A program made the translations under genes and the position numbers. The notes under the pieces are model-generated. The model did no database searches, was not told the origin of the DNA, and saw only the letters and a program-made list of their open reading frames with translations. A stretch of DNA of 64,000 nt from Macrostomum lignano. Lineage: Eukaryota. Positions 1 through 12,400 of this stretch are shown here, in pieces. The DNA lies in contig NIVC01001646.1 of NCBI GenBank assembly GCA_002269645.1, forward strand, positions 1 through 64,000. The letters are read 5' to 3'. Every line of letters begins with the position of its first letter. Position 1 is the first letter of the stretch.

Positions 1-399
1 AACATACAGTGTGAGCCAAGAAAAGTAGATGAAGATCCATCGTACAATAAAGCGCATTGCAGCTCCATTTTATGCAGGATAATCAACTGAAATCAGTGGC
101 AAACCAATCTTGTCTTTAGTCAGGCGCAATTAAGATAGTTTTGGTTTGAAAAAATTGCGTCATTACGTCAGCAACATTTGTGCGCTTCTAATAAGATCTT
201 CATCTTCTGTTGCTCCAAGCCGAATAGAAGATTTTTTACAGACAAAAATAAAGCAAATATCATGAGTGAGAACACAGAGGCGCAGGTATCTGAATAAAGT
301 TGGGAAACAGAGCATTAATCGCTTGGAAGCTTTGCAGGAAACTGGCGCAATGGTGCCCAGCTGAGGATGTTGATGTTGGTTAAGGTTGTTGGTCTGTCC

Positions 400-880
400 T
401 CTGTCCTTCCCCCGTCCTCCGCAGGGCCCTGCTTTGACTCAACCGCAGGGACATCAGGGCGGTGACCATGGCCCTCTCGGGTCATGGCTGCTTTGCCAGG
501 CATCGTCACCTCCAGGGAAAAATCTGCAGTGAGGAATGCCCATTTTGCCATTCATCTGTGAATGCCCCCCTTTACTCAGGACAGGCTCACCTACCTCAGC
601 CCAAACCCAAACCAGGACCTTCCCGACGTTTTCAGGCCCGAGAATCTCTGCCAGCTTGTCCGCTACCTAAGGGCTACCGGGCAAGCGACCATCCACCTCC
701 TGGACTCTCCAGAAGGGGACCGCGCTGCGGACACCGGCACCACCGGATCTCTGCGCGACACCGCAGCACTAGCTGCCCGTGGTCGCCAGGGGTTAGCAGA
801 ATGGGCTTCAACGCCTCCTTGCTGTATTCGAATAGACGGAGCCCCCGCAGCTGAGTCAAGTATGTCAAGATTGCTAGTCA
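400..880 (+). mobile_element. Degenerate 3' end of a non-LTR retrotransposon ORF2 (I-group, LOA/R1-like C-terminal CCHC region) plus probable 3' UTR
   Basis: Joining frames gives LRRALL*LNRRDIRAVTMALSGHGCFARHRHLQGKICSEECPFCH / FICECP / FTQDRLTYL...LCQLVRYLRATG. This follows the L..L.R..LR......TGH....HL...G....C..C...H..C.CP...R....FL..TG pattern of I-group ORF2 C-termini. There is an in-frame TGA at 435-437 and frameshifts near 550-562. Boundaries are approximate. Confidence 0.65.
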
Positions 881-1034
881 AAGAATGTTGGTCAGCATCA
901 GGAAGGTTGGCGGAAAAGAAAGGTCGTGTTTCTTTTACAGAAATAATGAGGGCTTTAGCAGGAGATTAACCGTAATGATCCTGCTGCTGGGCAGCTGCAG
1001 TCTTTGATGAGGGTCAATAAAATTAACCCGGAGG

Positions 1035-4000
1035 TTACAAAGCTCCCGTTGGCCTGGCTTTCCGCTGGAAGGACTTCTTGAGGTGCACCAGCCGTCTGGC
1101 AACAGCGTGGCCCCATGTGGAGCCGTACCATTCGATGCTGTGGCCGCGCAGGTCGACTCGCGATAGCAGTGTCACCCGGGTGGCGCCGGGGCCGGCGGAC
1201 TGCACCAGCCAGTCTTCAACCAGGACCAGAGCAGACAGGGTTAGCGGAGAGGTCGGCAGGCGCACGGAAGTTGAATACAATGAGTGGCTGTGGGCGCTGG
1301 CTGAGCGCCAGGCACGCAGCAGGCAGGTCTCGCGGCTTGGCTGGGCTGGCGGGGACGCCAGGGTGCGCCGGACTACATCGGAGGCTTCGTCTAGCGATTC
1401 TAAAGTCTCCGACTTGAGAACGTCCGGGTCCCAGGACTCGCTGCAAATGAAATCATTGAACTTTATGAATTGATCACTTTATCTTCTTGAACTCCTAAAC
1501 TCTTTGGTTAATAATTCGTACAGGTGTTCAGGAAGAGCAAACCAACCTCTCAGTGACAATCCTGTTGAGCACATCAGTCGAGTCGGCCTCAATCAAGACC
1601 AACGCTTTCCACAACCGCAACGGATGGCCATCGTCCACAACTTTGAAGAAGGTCTCGATTCCCGACCGGTGGCTGAACGGCACCCATTTTTCGTTCTGGC
1701 AGGTCTCCCTGGCAACCAGCTGGGCGTGATTTTCAACAAAAGCAAAGCAGTGGCGCCGGCCGATGGAGTCTAGCGGAGCCACGGCGTCAAGAATTGGCAC
1801 CTGCAGCTCTTCTGAGCGACTCTCGGCTAGTCGGCGGTACAGCTCGTCAGGAACCTGGCAGGTGCAAAAATATTACGACGGTGTGAAGACAAAAGACGAG
1901 GTTTTCTATTCGAGCCTAAGTCTGGTCTCGTCACTGCAAAGATCAATGGAAAACTGAGTTTTCGAATCAGTTTGTTTTTTTTCGACAACTCACCGTGAAC
2001 ATCCGATGGCAACAGTCGATCATGAAGGCCAGACAGGCCGCTGCAGCTTTGTGATCCTCGAGATCTCGCGGGTCCGGCGCGCCGCCTCCGGCCGTCGGAA
2101 TCGGCTTGGCGTGGCCGCCGCCACTTGGTGCGGAAAGTAAAACAGCGACGGCGCGAGACACACAGCCAAGTTTGACGGCGTCATCTGTGTGGTGTCTGAG
2201 CAATCAGCGAAATCGTTTAGGAAGTAGAGCAGTGCCTGCAGCACCTGCCGATTCTCGTCCGGCAGTAGGAGCGCAGCCGCCTGCACGGCCGCCAGAAGCA
2301 CCGAATCGGTCTCAACGTGGCTGAATATGGCCAGAAGTGTTGGCGACAGTTTGTGCGTGATCAGGCACTCGGGCAGCTCGCGGAGGTAGGCCTTGACCAG
2401 GTCGGCCAGGTCGTACGGCTGGCAACGGCTGAAGTCCGACTTGTCCGGGTCGGCGTCGATCTCGGCCCGTAGAGCCGACACCCGGGCCTTGCCGCCGGCC
2501 CGGCGGAAGATGCCGTGCGCTGAGACGCCACTCTGGCGCAGCTGGCGCATCAGGTGGATAACCGCCGAGGGCAGCGGCTGGCCGTAGCGCATCTGCACAG
2601 TGAACAGCGGCATGCCGAACACGGCGGTTTTTGCCGCTGTCGGTGCCGACGACGGCGATGCCGGCAATGACTGGCCGAGGGAACGATGCTAGGCGAGGCG
2701 TTCGGCGACGCAGAAGATTTGGATCGCTTGGCTGGCTTCTGGTTACTCCTGTGGAACGGAAAAATAAGTACAATCAGAATTTCTCCAACTGAAATTGGTG
2801 ATTGGAATTTGCATCAGTCAATCTTACTTACCAGGTGAACAGCGGCTTATTCGGCGGGCAGTGCTGCCGCACAATCTTGTTAATCTCTTCGCAGGCTGCA
2901 TTTCGTAGCACCCGCAGCTGCGTCACCGACATCCCGGATATCTGCAGTTCGCGCTGGTTGACATTGGGCCGGTGTGACCGGGCGAAAGACGACCAGCGGA
3001 ACTTCGTGCCGCGCTTCAACCCACCAGCGCTGCCGTTCTCTTCCTGCTGCTCCTCCTGCTGATCAGAGTCCGAGTGTCGCGGCTCGCCGTCGAACGGGGA
3101 CCTTCGGTGATGGAGAACGGTTTATGAGACCTCGAACTCGTATATCCCTCCCCGCCTCCCCTTGTGAGGCACTCTATACTCACATTGACTCCAGCAGTGC
3201 GGTTGCCATCGCGGACTCTTCATCGCTGGCCGCAGTCTTCGACGCCACCGCTACAGACGACGACGATGCTGAGGAGGCTGGCGGCGCCGGCTGCAACAGC
3301 AGCTGATCGAGCTCGGCTATGTTCTCCATCAGGTCCGAATCGTCAGCCCAGCCGCCGCTGCTCCTGCCGCCGCCGCCTCCGCCGCCACCGGTGCTGCCGC
3401 TTCCCAGTGGTCCGGAGTTCGACTTAGCCGGCAGAGTGCAATACCCTTGCAGTGCGAATGAATGAAGAGTGCTCCTTAGTATCCACCCATGCTATGGTTG
3501 CAGTTTGCTGGCCCAGAACAATTTTCATATCGATTTTTCCAATTTATCAAGTTTGACAACTTTGCGACTTTGGCTGATCAATAAATAATACGCTCGTAAA
3601 TAGTAACTCTTTGCAGCTCTTTCGAGCTATACTTAGGGGTTTGTAGCCTAGTGGTTAGAGCGTCGGACTCACTATTCAGTTTGAGGTCGGGAGTTCGATT
3701 CTTCACCCACAACTATTTGTGTCCTTGAGCAAAACACTTCGTTGTAAAATGGGTACCAGCATTAGCTGGGGTGATGCGCCGAGCAATAGCTTCAGTTGCA
3801 CATCTGCCCAGTAGGGCAGCTGTAATCAATTATTATTTATTATAATTACTCGAGTCAGTTATCTCACCGTGTCTCCATGCGGTAGTAGAATCGAAGTCTA
3901 ATCGAATCCCGAACGAAAAATTATTAGTCATGCCTCGAGTATTGAAGCGTGACTATTTGATATTGTAGCCTGTCAGAGACCCCTAGTACGACTTTCGAAA

Positions 4001-5629
4001 CAAATACGAAAGCAAGTTCTTGCCACAAAAAGATTGCAGTCGCAGTTATATTTTGCTGCTTCTAGGAGTGGGAGTCGGAGAGTTAGGGCGGATGACTAAG
4101 CTCTCTGTGACAGCAGGCATGCTTTATAAGGTCCGCGGGCCCCGGGGTGCCAGAACTCGCTTCGCTGAATCTAGAGGGTTTGACGGGTTGGGGGAGGAGA
4201 ACCCGGGGGAGAGCCTAATGTACATTGCTTATGTACATTACTGAGGCGTCCTCTCTTGCCCACTTTTTTCGTATTTATATATTCTTACGAGGTTGGCTTT
4301 TTATCCAGTCCGCTAAAGTTCAGACTGACGAAAAGTCAACTTAGTTGGCCAAGGCCATGGACCATGATGGGGCGTTTCACAACGACATTTCACAAGCTCC
4401 ACATTTCACAAGCTCCACAGTTCACAAGCTCCACAGTTCACAAGCTCCACAGTTCACAAGCTCCACAGTTCACAAGCTCCACATTTCACAAGCTCCACAT
4501 TTCACAAGCTCCACAGTTCACAAGCTCCACATTTCACAAGCTCCACATTTCACAAGCTCCACATTTCACAAGCTCCACAGTTCACAAGCTCCACATCTGC
4601 CCAGTTCACAAGCTCCACATTTCACAAGGTCAAGCTCCACATTTCACAAGCTCCACATTTCACAAGCTCCACATTTCACAAGCTCCACATTTCACAAGCT
4701 CCACATTTCACAAGCTACACATTTCACAAGCTACACATTTCACAAGCTACACATTTCACAAGCTCCACATTTCACAAGCTCAACGTTTTACAAGCTCCAC
4801 ATTTCACAAGCTTCACATTTCACAAGCTCTACAGCTCACAAGCTTCACAATTCACAAAATCCACATTTTACAAGCTGAAATGTTCACAAGCTCAGAATTT
4901 TACCAGCTCATAACTTCAAATTGTCAAAAAGCTCGTGAAGTTTATTGTCTTCGATGTGAAATTTCGAGCTTGTGAAAGCAACCCGTCACGACCGTGAGAT
5001 CGCAATAACTTTTGTCTCATGCAGGTCTTGAAATTATAGTTGAACAAAAATTGAAGAAAAAGAAAATGTTTTTATCAATCTGGGACTGTTTCTAGTCATT
5101 AATTAGAACATTGTAAAATAAGTCTGCACAGAAGCTTTGTTAACTACTAACTGGTACTTATAAGTAGTGTAAAAAGAAAATGCTTGTGATTGGCACTTTT
5201 TGGTCGATTAAGTATGCGCGTTTGACCCACAGGGTAAGATTCTACGAGTAAAATGCTAGATGATGGACCACGCCCTTAGGCCCTTAGGTTTAAAGGGACT
5301 ACTTTCCATTGGATCTCGGATAAGAGTTTTTTTCGTTGAAATTTGCGCATTTCTATAAGAGAGTAGGCTAAACAAATGTTAGATTTATACTGTGGCTGTG
5401 GGTAGCATTTACCTTGGCCCAGAAGTTCATCAACGAAGCTCCCATCAGAGGCTCGATCCCACCACTCACCAGCGTGCACGCGAAGGCCATCCAGTTCAGT
5501 CTGCAGCCGCTCAAGCACCATGTCCAGACAGCGACTGTCCCGTTGACTCGCTTCTCCAGCGTTGTCTCCCTGTTCGCAAGACTTTGTCAACTGCTGCGGT
5601 TGCTCCTGGGCCGGCTCCATCACCTGTCG

Positions 5630-5662
<33 letters not shown>

Positions 5663-6456
5663 ATGACCCCGACGTCGCAGCGATCGGAACGCGAATCCGT
5701 CGCGCTGCAGGCGAGAGAAAGTCGACTTGATGCGACCGCTTGCTGAACGGAGAAGGCCGAAGCCGCCGCTGGTGCCGCCTCCGCCTCCGCCGCCGCTGGC
5801 TCCGACGCCGCCGACTCCGCTACCACAGGCGTCAGGTACAACGCCACCAACTCCGCCGCCGCTGTCGCCGCCGTCGGCGCCCTGGCGACTCGGGCAAGAG
5901 CCGCGAGTTGACTCGCCAACAGCTGATGTACTGCTGCTGTTGCTGCTGGTGCTGCTGCCTTCGAACTCGCGACCGTTTCTATGAGTCTGCGATGATTTAG
6001 TTGGATGCGAATTAGCCATGGACCCAACCGTGACCAAATAAATGGTCATTGAAAATGGCGTTCACAAAATTTCATCTCTACCATTGCATGACTTTCTAAA
6101 GCTAGAATTAATATCAAGCTGTGGAATAGGGACTGGGGTAGGCTGTGGGGGGGAATTGGCACCTATGTCGAGATCAACTTCTGCGCAGATTTGCGTCCCG
6201 GTCAGTCAGAGAGAAAAGAACGTACTGGAGCAGGCCTGTCCGTGCGGGGTCCACGGGCCAGTTTTATTGTCCGGTAATTGCGAAGTTGTTAATGTTGAAG
6301 AAAGCCTATTCACTTATATACTAACGTTTTATTGCCTTTCACTTTCATCGCCTACCCTCAGATGGACGGGTTTGACAAGCATAAGGGAAGGAAAGAACAA
6401 AAAATTAATAATAAAAGAGAATTTATTGGGCCATGGCTGGCCAGGCAGAAGACTCG

Positions 6457-6488
<32 letters not shown>

Positions 6489-9400
6489 ACTCTTGCATTC
6501 TATCGACCAGTTTCCAGTGAGACAGCTTGAAAAGTGAATTTATTACTAAGAAATACGACAGCTCATGCAGCGGAGCCCCCTTCACCGAGAGGAGTTCTGC
6601 ACCGAATATGGTATCATTTCTCTTGCACTCGCATCGCCACCTCTCCCCGTCACTGCGGTTGAGCAGATGCATACTAATGCGTATTATAGCAGTGGGGTGG
6701 CGAGAGTGTGGAGTATGGGCGACGCTTGTCACCCAAGCAATTATGAAAGTAAATAAGTGCATTTTGCAGAGCCTTCTGCTCTACTGTTCGAGCTTGTACG
6801 AGTTATGGCTGCTTTTGCAAGAAATTTTAAGGGACTGCTGTTTGCTGTCTCTGCTAATGATTCATCGCGTCATGGGATGCTATTATAGAAAATAAGAGAT
6901 CACATGAGTGAATTGTTCATGATATGAGTGAATGGTTGATGATATGAGTGAATGGTTGATGATATGAGTGAATGGTTGATAATATGAGTGAGTGGTTGAT
7001 AATATTAGGTGAATGGTTCATGATATGAGTGAATGATTTATGATATTGAGTGAATGGCTCATAAAATGAGGGAATAGGATGCTGAGAAAGGGTAAAAGTT
7101 ACTCACATTCGAATGCTTCAGAGGCAATAATAGTCTGCTTTTGAAGAAAGATCTTCTTTTAATTTCAGCCTTCAATCTGCTGCTTAGCGGCCAGCAGCTT
7201 GTCAAAATGGCAGCAGCAGAAGCAGCACAGTGTTCAGAGATATCACCTGATTTTATCTTTGGCTGAGTTTGTAAACGCGTGCCTTTCAGAATGCGATTTA
7301 GCTATTTTGCTTGTATACATGTACGTACACTGCTTCCATTGCTAGCGCCTAAAAGCAGAAGACCGGAAGATAAGGCCGGACGGGACAGCAAACTAGAAAA
7401 GATCTCACACCCCAATGGTCGAATGAATATCTTATTTTGATTGGTAAACAAGAAAGCAGCGAGTGTTTAACAAAATTTGCATGTAAGCTATACGCTCTGG
7501 GAGGTATACCGTAGTATGTTATGCGCTAATGCAGAAGGTACCGCACAAACGTAGGTTTCTAGAGATTTCACCATTTCAATTTAGCGCCATGTCGAACGAG
7601 TTCGCTAAAGATTGGCGCAACTTAGGGCACTAAATTCTCTCTACATTAAAATTGTGCGCAATTTCCTTTGCCAACGCACACTTTGACTTGTTGCCGTGCG
7701 TTCTTCTCGATATGCTACTTATAGTAAGCTGTATCAGTCATTGTCTATACGATTAAGACATTGTTTGTGATAATGCTATTTCTACTAATTACAGTAGGTT
7801 CTTGCGAATGTTTTTTTTCTTAAAAAAAGCAATTTTTCGCAAACCATGACAAGAGTAAATTTTACATGACTGATTAGAGGGGGAGGCAGGAGGAGAGAGA
7901 GGGAAGATAAGGAGAATGGAGATGGGGGAAGAGAGAAGGGAGAAGGGAAAAGGGAGATGGGAGAAAGGAGAAGGGAGAAGGAAGATGGGAGATGGGAGAA
8001 GGGAAAAGGGAGAAGGGAGAAGAGAGAAGGGAGATGGGAGATGGGAGAAGGGAGAAGGGAGATGGGAAAAGAGAGAAGGGAGAAGGGAGAAGAGAGAAGG
8101 GAGATGGGAGATGGGAAAAGAGAGAAGGGAGAAGGGAGAAGAGAGAAGGGAGATGGGAGATGGGAAAAGAGAGAAGGGAGATGGGAGAAAGGAGAAGGGA
8201 GAAGGGAGATTGGGGATGGGAGATGGGAGAAGGGAGAAGGGAGAAGGGAGAAGGAAGATGGGAGATGGGAGAAGGGAAAAGGGAGAAGGGAGAAGAGAGA
8301 AGGGAGATGGGAGATGGGAGAAGGGAGAAGGGAGATGGGAAAAGAGAGAAGGGAGAAGGGAGAAGAGAGAAGGGAGATGGGAGATGGGAAAAGAGAGAAG
8401 GGAGAAGGGAGAAGAGAGAAGGGAGATGGGAGATGGGAAAAGAGAGAAGGGAGATGGGAGAAAGGAGAAGGGAGAAGGGAGATTGGGGATGGGAGATGGG
8501 AGAAGGGAGAAAGGAGAAGGGAGAAGAGAGAAGGGAAAGAGAGAAGGGAGAAGGGAGAAGGGAAAAGGGAAAAGGGAAAAGGGAAAAGGGAGAAGGGAGA
8601 AAGGAGAAGGGAAAAGGGAAAAGGGAGAAGGGAGAAAGGAGAAGTGACAAAGGCTGGAACAAGGGAAACAGGACCGAAGGCTAAAAAAGTGTTAAAACTG
8701 TTAAAAGTGCAAATCGTCGCAACGAAGCAATCGTTGCTGAATGCTTACTTAAAATGCCAATTAAATGATAATTGCGGCTGAATTCTGTCCGCCAGCCGAC
8801 CCCGATCGGTGCTGGCAGACTAAATATAGCCAGGCCTTAGCAAACCAGCGACAGTCGCCAAGCACTTCAAGCGAGCGGGGGCTTTTTTGCTGTTAGCTTC
8901 TCTTCTGTTCTTCTGGATCTGCCCCTTATTATAAGGCTTATAGCCCAGCCGCCGCAGCAGCTAGTGCTGAGCGAGTGGGAGGAGCTGCTTGGTCAGTCCC
9001 GGAGTGGCCAGGAAATCAGCGGTCTTCTGCCACCGCCGCCAAGGTCCAACCCCCCCCCCCCCGGCTCTCCAGCAGTGCACTGTGTGCGACGGTTGGAAGG
9101 GTGGTATAGCGCGGGGCGAGATGGGGATGGGGAGGCTGGGAGGGGAAGGGAGGTGGGAGGGAGACTGGGGGGAGCAAGGCAAGTGCCGAAAGTGCATGGG
9201 ATCAAGCGTGCACACACACACACGCACACACACACATTCATGAGCCGGATTGGCAGTGCAGTCATACATATAGTTTTGCACCATGCAGTGGATGCAACTC
9301 TTCCATTTTCCTGCATCAGCCTCCACTAAAGTTCTAGTTTAGTTAGCTTTAGATAAACATAGATTCTCTGCAAGCGCGATCCAGCAAAATGAATTAATCC

Positions 9401-12400
9401 AGGCAAATCTTCTCGGTACGCTGATGCATACCAGGGCAGAGTAACGTTGTTAGCCAGGGGAGACACTTTGAAGCTTGAGAAATGCGCCTTCTCTGTTGTA
9501 AAATTTATATGGATTCAGTGAGCTTTTAAAGGGATGCTGTCATAAGCGATGACATCCACAGTATGACATCCGCAGTATGACATCCACAGTATCACATGCA
9601 TAGTATGACATCCACAGTATGACATCCACAGTATGACATCCACAGTATGACATCCACAGTATGAAATCCACAGTATGACATCCACAGTATGACACCCAGA
9701 GTATGACATCCACAGTATGACATCCACAGTATGACATCCACAGTATGACATCCACAGTATGACATCCACAGTATGACATCCACAGTATGACATCCACAGT
9801 ATGACATCCGCAGTATGACATGCATAGTATGACATCCACAGTGTGACATCCACAGTATGACATCCACAGTATGACATCCACAGTATGACATCCACAGTAT
9901 GACATCCACAGTATGACATCCACAGTATGACATCCACAGTATGACACCCAGAGTATGACATCCACAGTATGACATCCACAGTATGACATCCACAGTATGA
10001 CACCCAGAGTATGACATCCACAGTATGACACCCAGAGTATGACATCCACAGTATGACATCCACAGTATGACACCCAGAGTATGACATCCACAGTATGACA
10101 CCCAGAGTATGACATCCACAGTATGACATCCACAGTATGACATCCACAGTATGACACCCAGAGTATGACATCCACAGTATGACACCCAGAGTATGACATC
10201 CACAGTATGACATCCACAGTATGACATCCACAGTATGACATCCGCAGTATGACATGCATAGTATGACATCCACAGTGTGACATCCACAGTATGACATCCA
10301 CAGTATGACATCCACAGTATGACATCCACAGTATGACATCCACAGTATGACATCCACAGTATGACATCCACAGTATGACATCCACAGTATGACATCCACA
10401 GTATGACATCCACAGTATGACATCCGCAGTATGACATGCATAGTATGACATCCACAGTGTGACATCCACAGTATGACATCCACAGTATGACATCCACAGT
10501 ATGACATCCACAGTATGACATCCACAGTATGACATCCACAGTATGACATCCACAGTATGACATCCACAGTATGACATCCACAGTATGACATCCACAGTAT
10601 GACATCCACAGTATGACATCCACAGTATGACATCCACAGTATGACATCCACAGTATGACATCCACAGTATGACACCCAGAGTATGGCATCCACAGTATGA
10701 CATCCACAGTATGACATCCACAGTATGACACCCAGAGTATGACATCCACAGTATGACACCCAGAGTATGACATCCACAGTATGACATCCACAGTATGACA
10801 CCCAGAGTATGACATCCACAGTATGACATCCACAGTATGACATCCACAGTATGACATCCACAGTATGACATCCACAGTATGACATCCACAGTATGAAATC
10901 CACAGTATGACATCCACAGTATGACATCCGCAGTATGACATGCATAGTATGACATCCACAGTGTGACATCCACAGTATGACATCCACAGTATGACATCCA
11001 CAGTATGACATCCACAGTATGACATCCACAGTATGACATCCACAGTATGACATCCACAGTATGACATCCACAGTATGACATCCACAGTATGACATCCACA
11101 GTATGACATCCACAGTATGACATGCATAGTATGACATCCACAGTATGACATCCACAGTATGACATCCACAGTATGACATCCACAGTATGACATCCACAGT
11201 ATGAAATCCACAGTATGACATCCACAGTATGACATCCACAGTATGACATCCGCAGTATGACATGCATAGTATGACATCCACAGTGTGACATCCACAGTAT
11301 GACATCCACAGTATGACATCCACAGTATGACATCCACAGTATGAAATCCACAGTATGACATCCACAGTATGACACCCAGAGTATGACATCCACAGTATGA
11401 CATCCACAGTATGACATGCATAGTATGACATCCACAGTATGACATCCGCAGTATGACATGCATAGTATGACATCCACAGTGTGACATCCACAGTATGACA
11501 TCCACAGTATGACATCCACAGTATGACATCCACAGTATGACATCCACAGTATGACACCCAGAGTATGACATCCACAGTATGACATCCACAGTATGACATC
11601 CACAGTATGACACCCAGAGTATGACATCCACAGTATGACACCCAGAGTATGACATCCACAGTATGACATCCACAGTATGACACCCAGAGTATGACATCCA
11701 CAGTATGACACCCAGAGTATGACATCCACAGTATGACATCCACAGTATGACATCCACAGTATGACACCCAGAGTATGACATCCACAGTATGACACCCAGA
11801 GTATGACATCCACAGTATGACATCCACAGTATGACATCCACAGTATGAAATCCACAGTATGACATCCACAGTATGACATCCGCAGTATGACATGCATAGT
11901 ATGACATCCACAGTGTGACATCCACAGTATGACATCCACAGTATGACATCCACAGTATGACATCCACAGTATGACATCCACAGTATGACATCCACAGTAT
12001 GACATCCACAGTATGACATCCGCAGTATGACATGCATAGTATGACATCCACAGTGTGACATCCACAGTATGACATCCACAGTATGACATCCACAGTATGA
12101 CATCCACAGTATGACATCCACAGTATGACATCCACAGTATGACATCCACAGTATGACATCCACAGTATGACATCCACAGTATGACATCCACAGTATGACA
12201 TCCACAGTATGACATGCATAGTATGACATCCACAGTATGACATCCACAGTATGACATCCACAGTATGACATCCACAGTATGACATCCACAGTATGACATC
12301 CGCAGTATGACATGCATAGTATGACATCCACAGTGTGACATCCACAGTATGACATCCACAGTATGACATCCACAGTATGACATCCACAGTATGACATCCA

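Noticed and set aside
3615-3628. The hairpin 14-mer AGCTCTTTCGAGCT occurs just upstream of SINE copy 1 and also at the 5' end of GATA-element copy A (minus strand)
   Set aside because: Several shared 14-mers are expected by chance in this much unique sequence, and the homology does not extend.
3636-3712. tRNA-like sequences here and at about 20935-21001
   Set aside because: A and B boxes are present, but there is no proper acceptor-stem pairing and both continue into a shared SINE body and tail. They are SINE heads, not tRNA genes.
9526-9542. TTAA-AGGGATGCTGTCA, resembling a Kolobok/T2-MITE terminus, at the edge of the 14-mer array (similar TTAAAGGG at about 5290 and 56951)
   Set aside because: No matching opposite terminus was found, and an exon lies just beyond the other end of the array.
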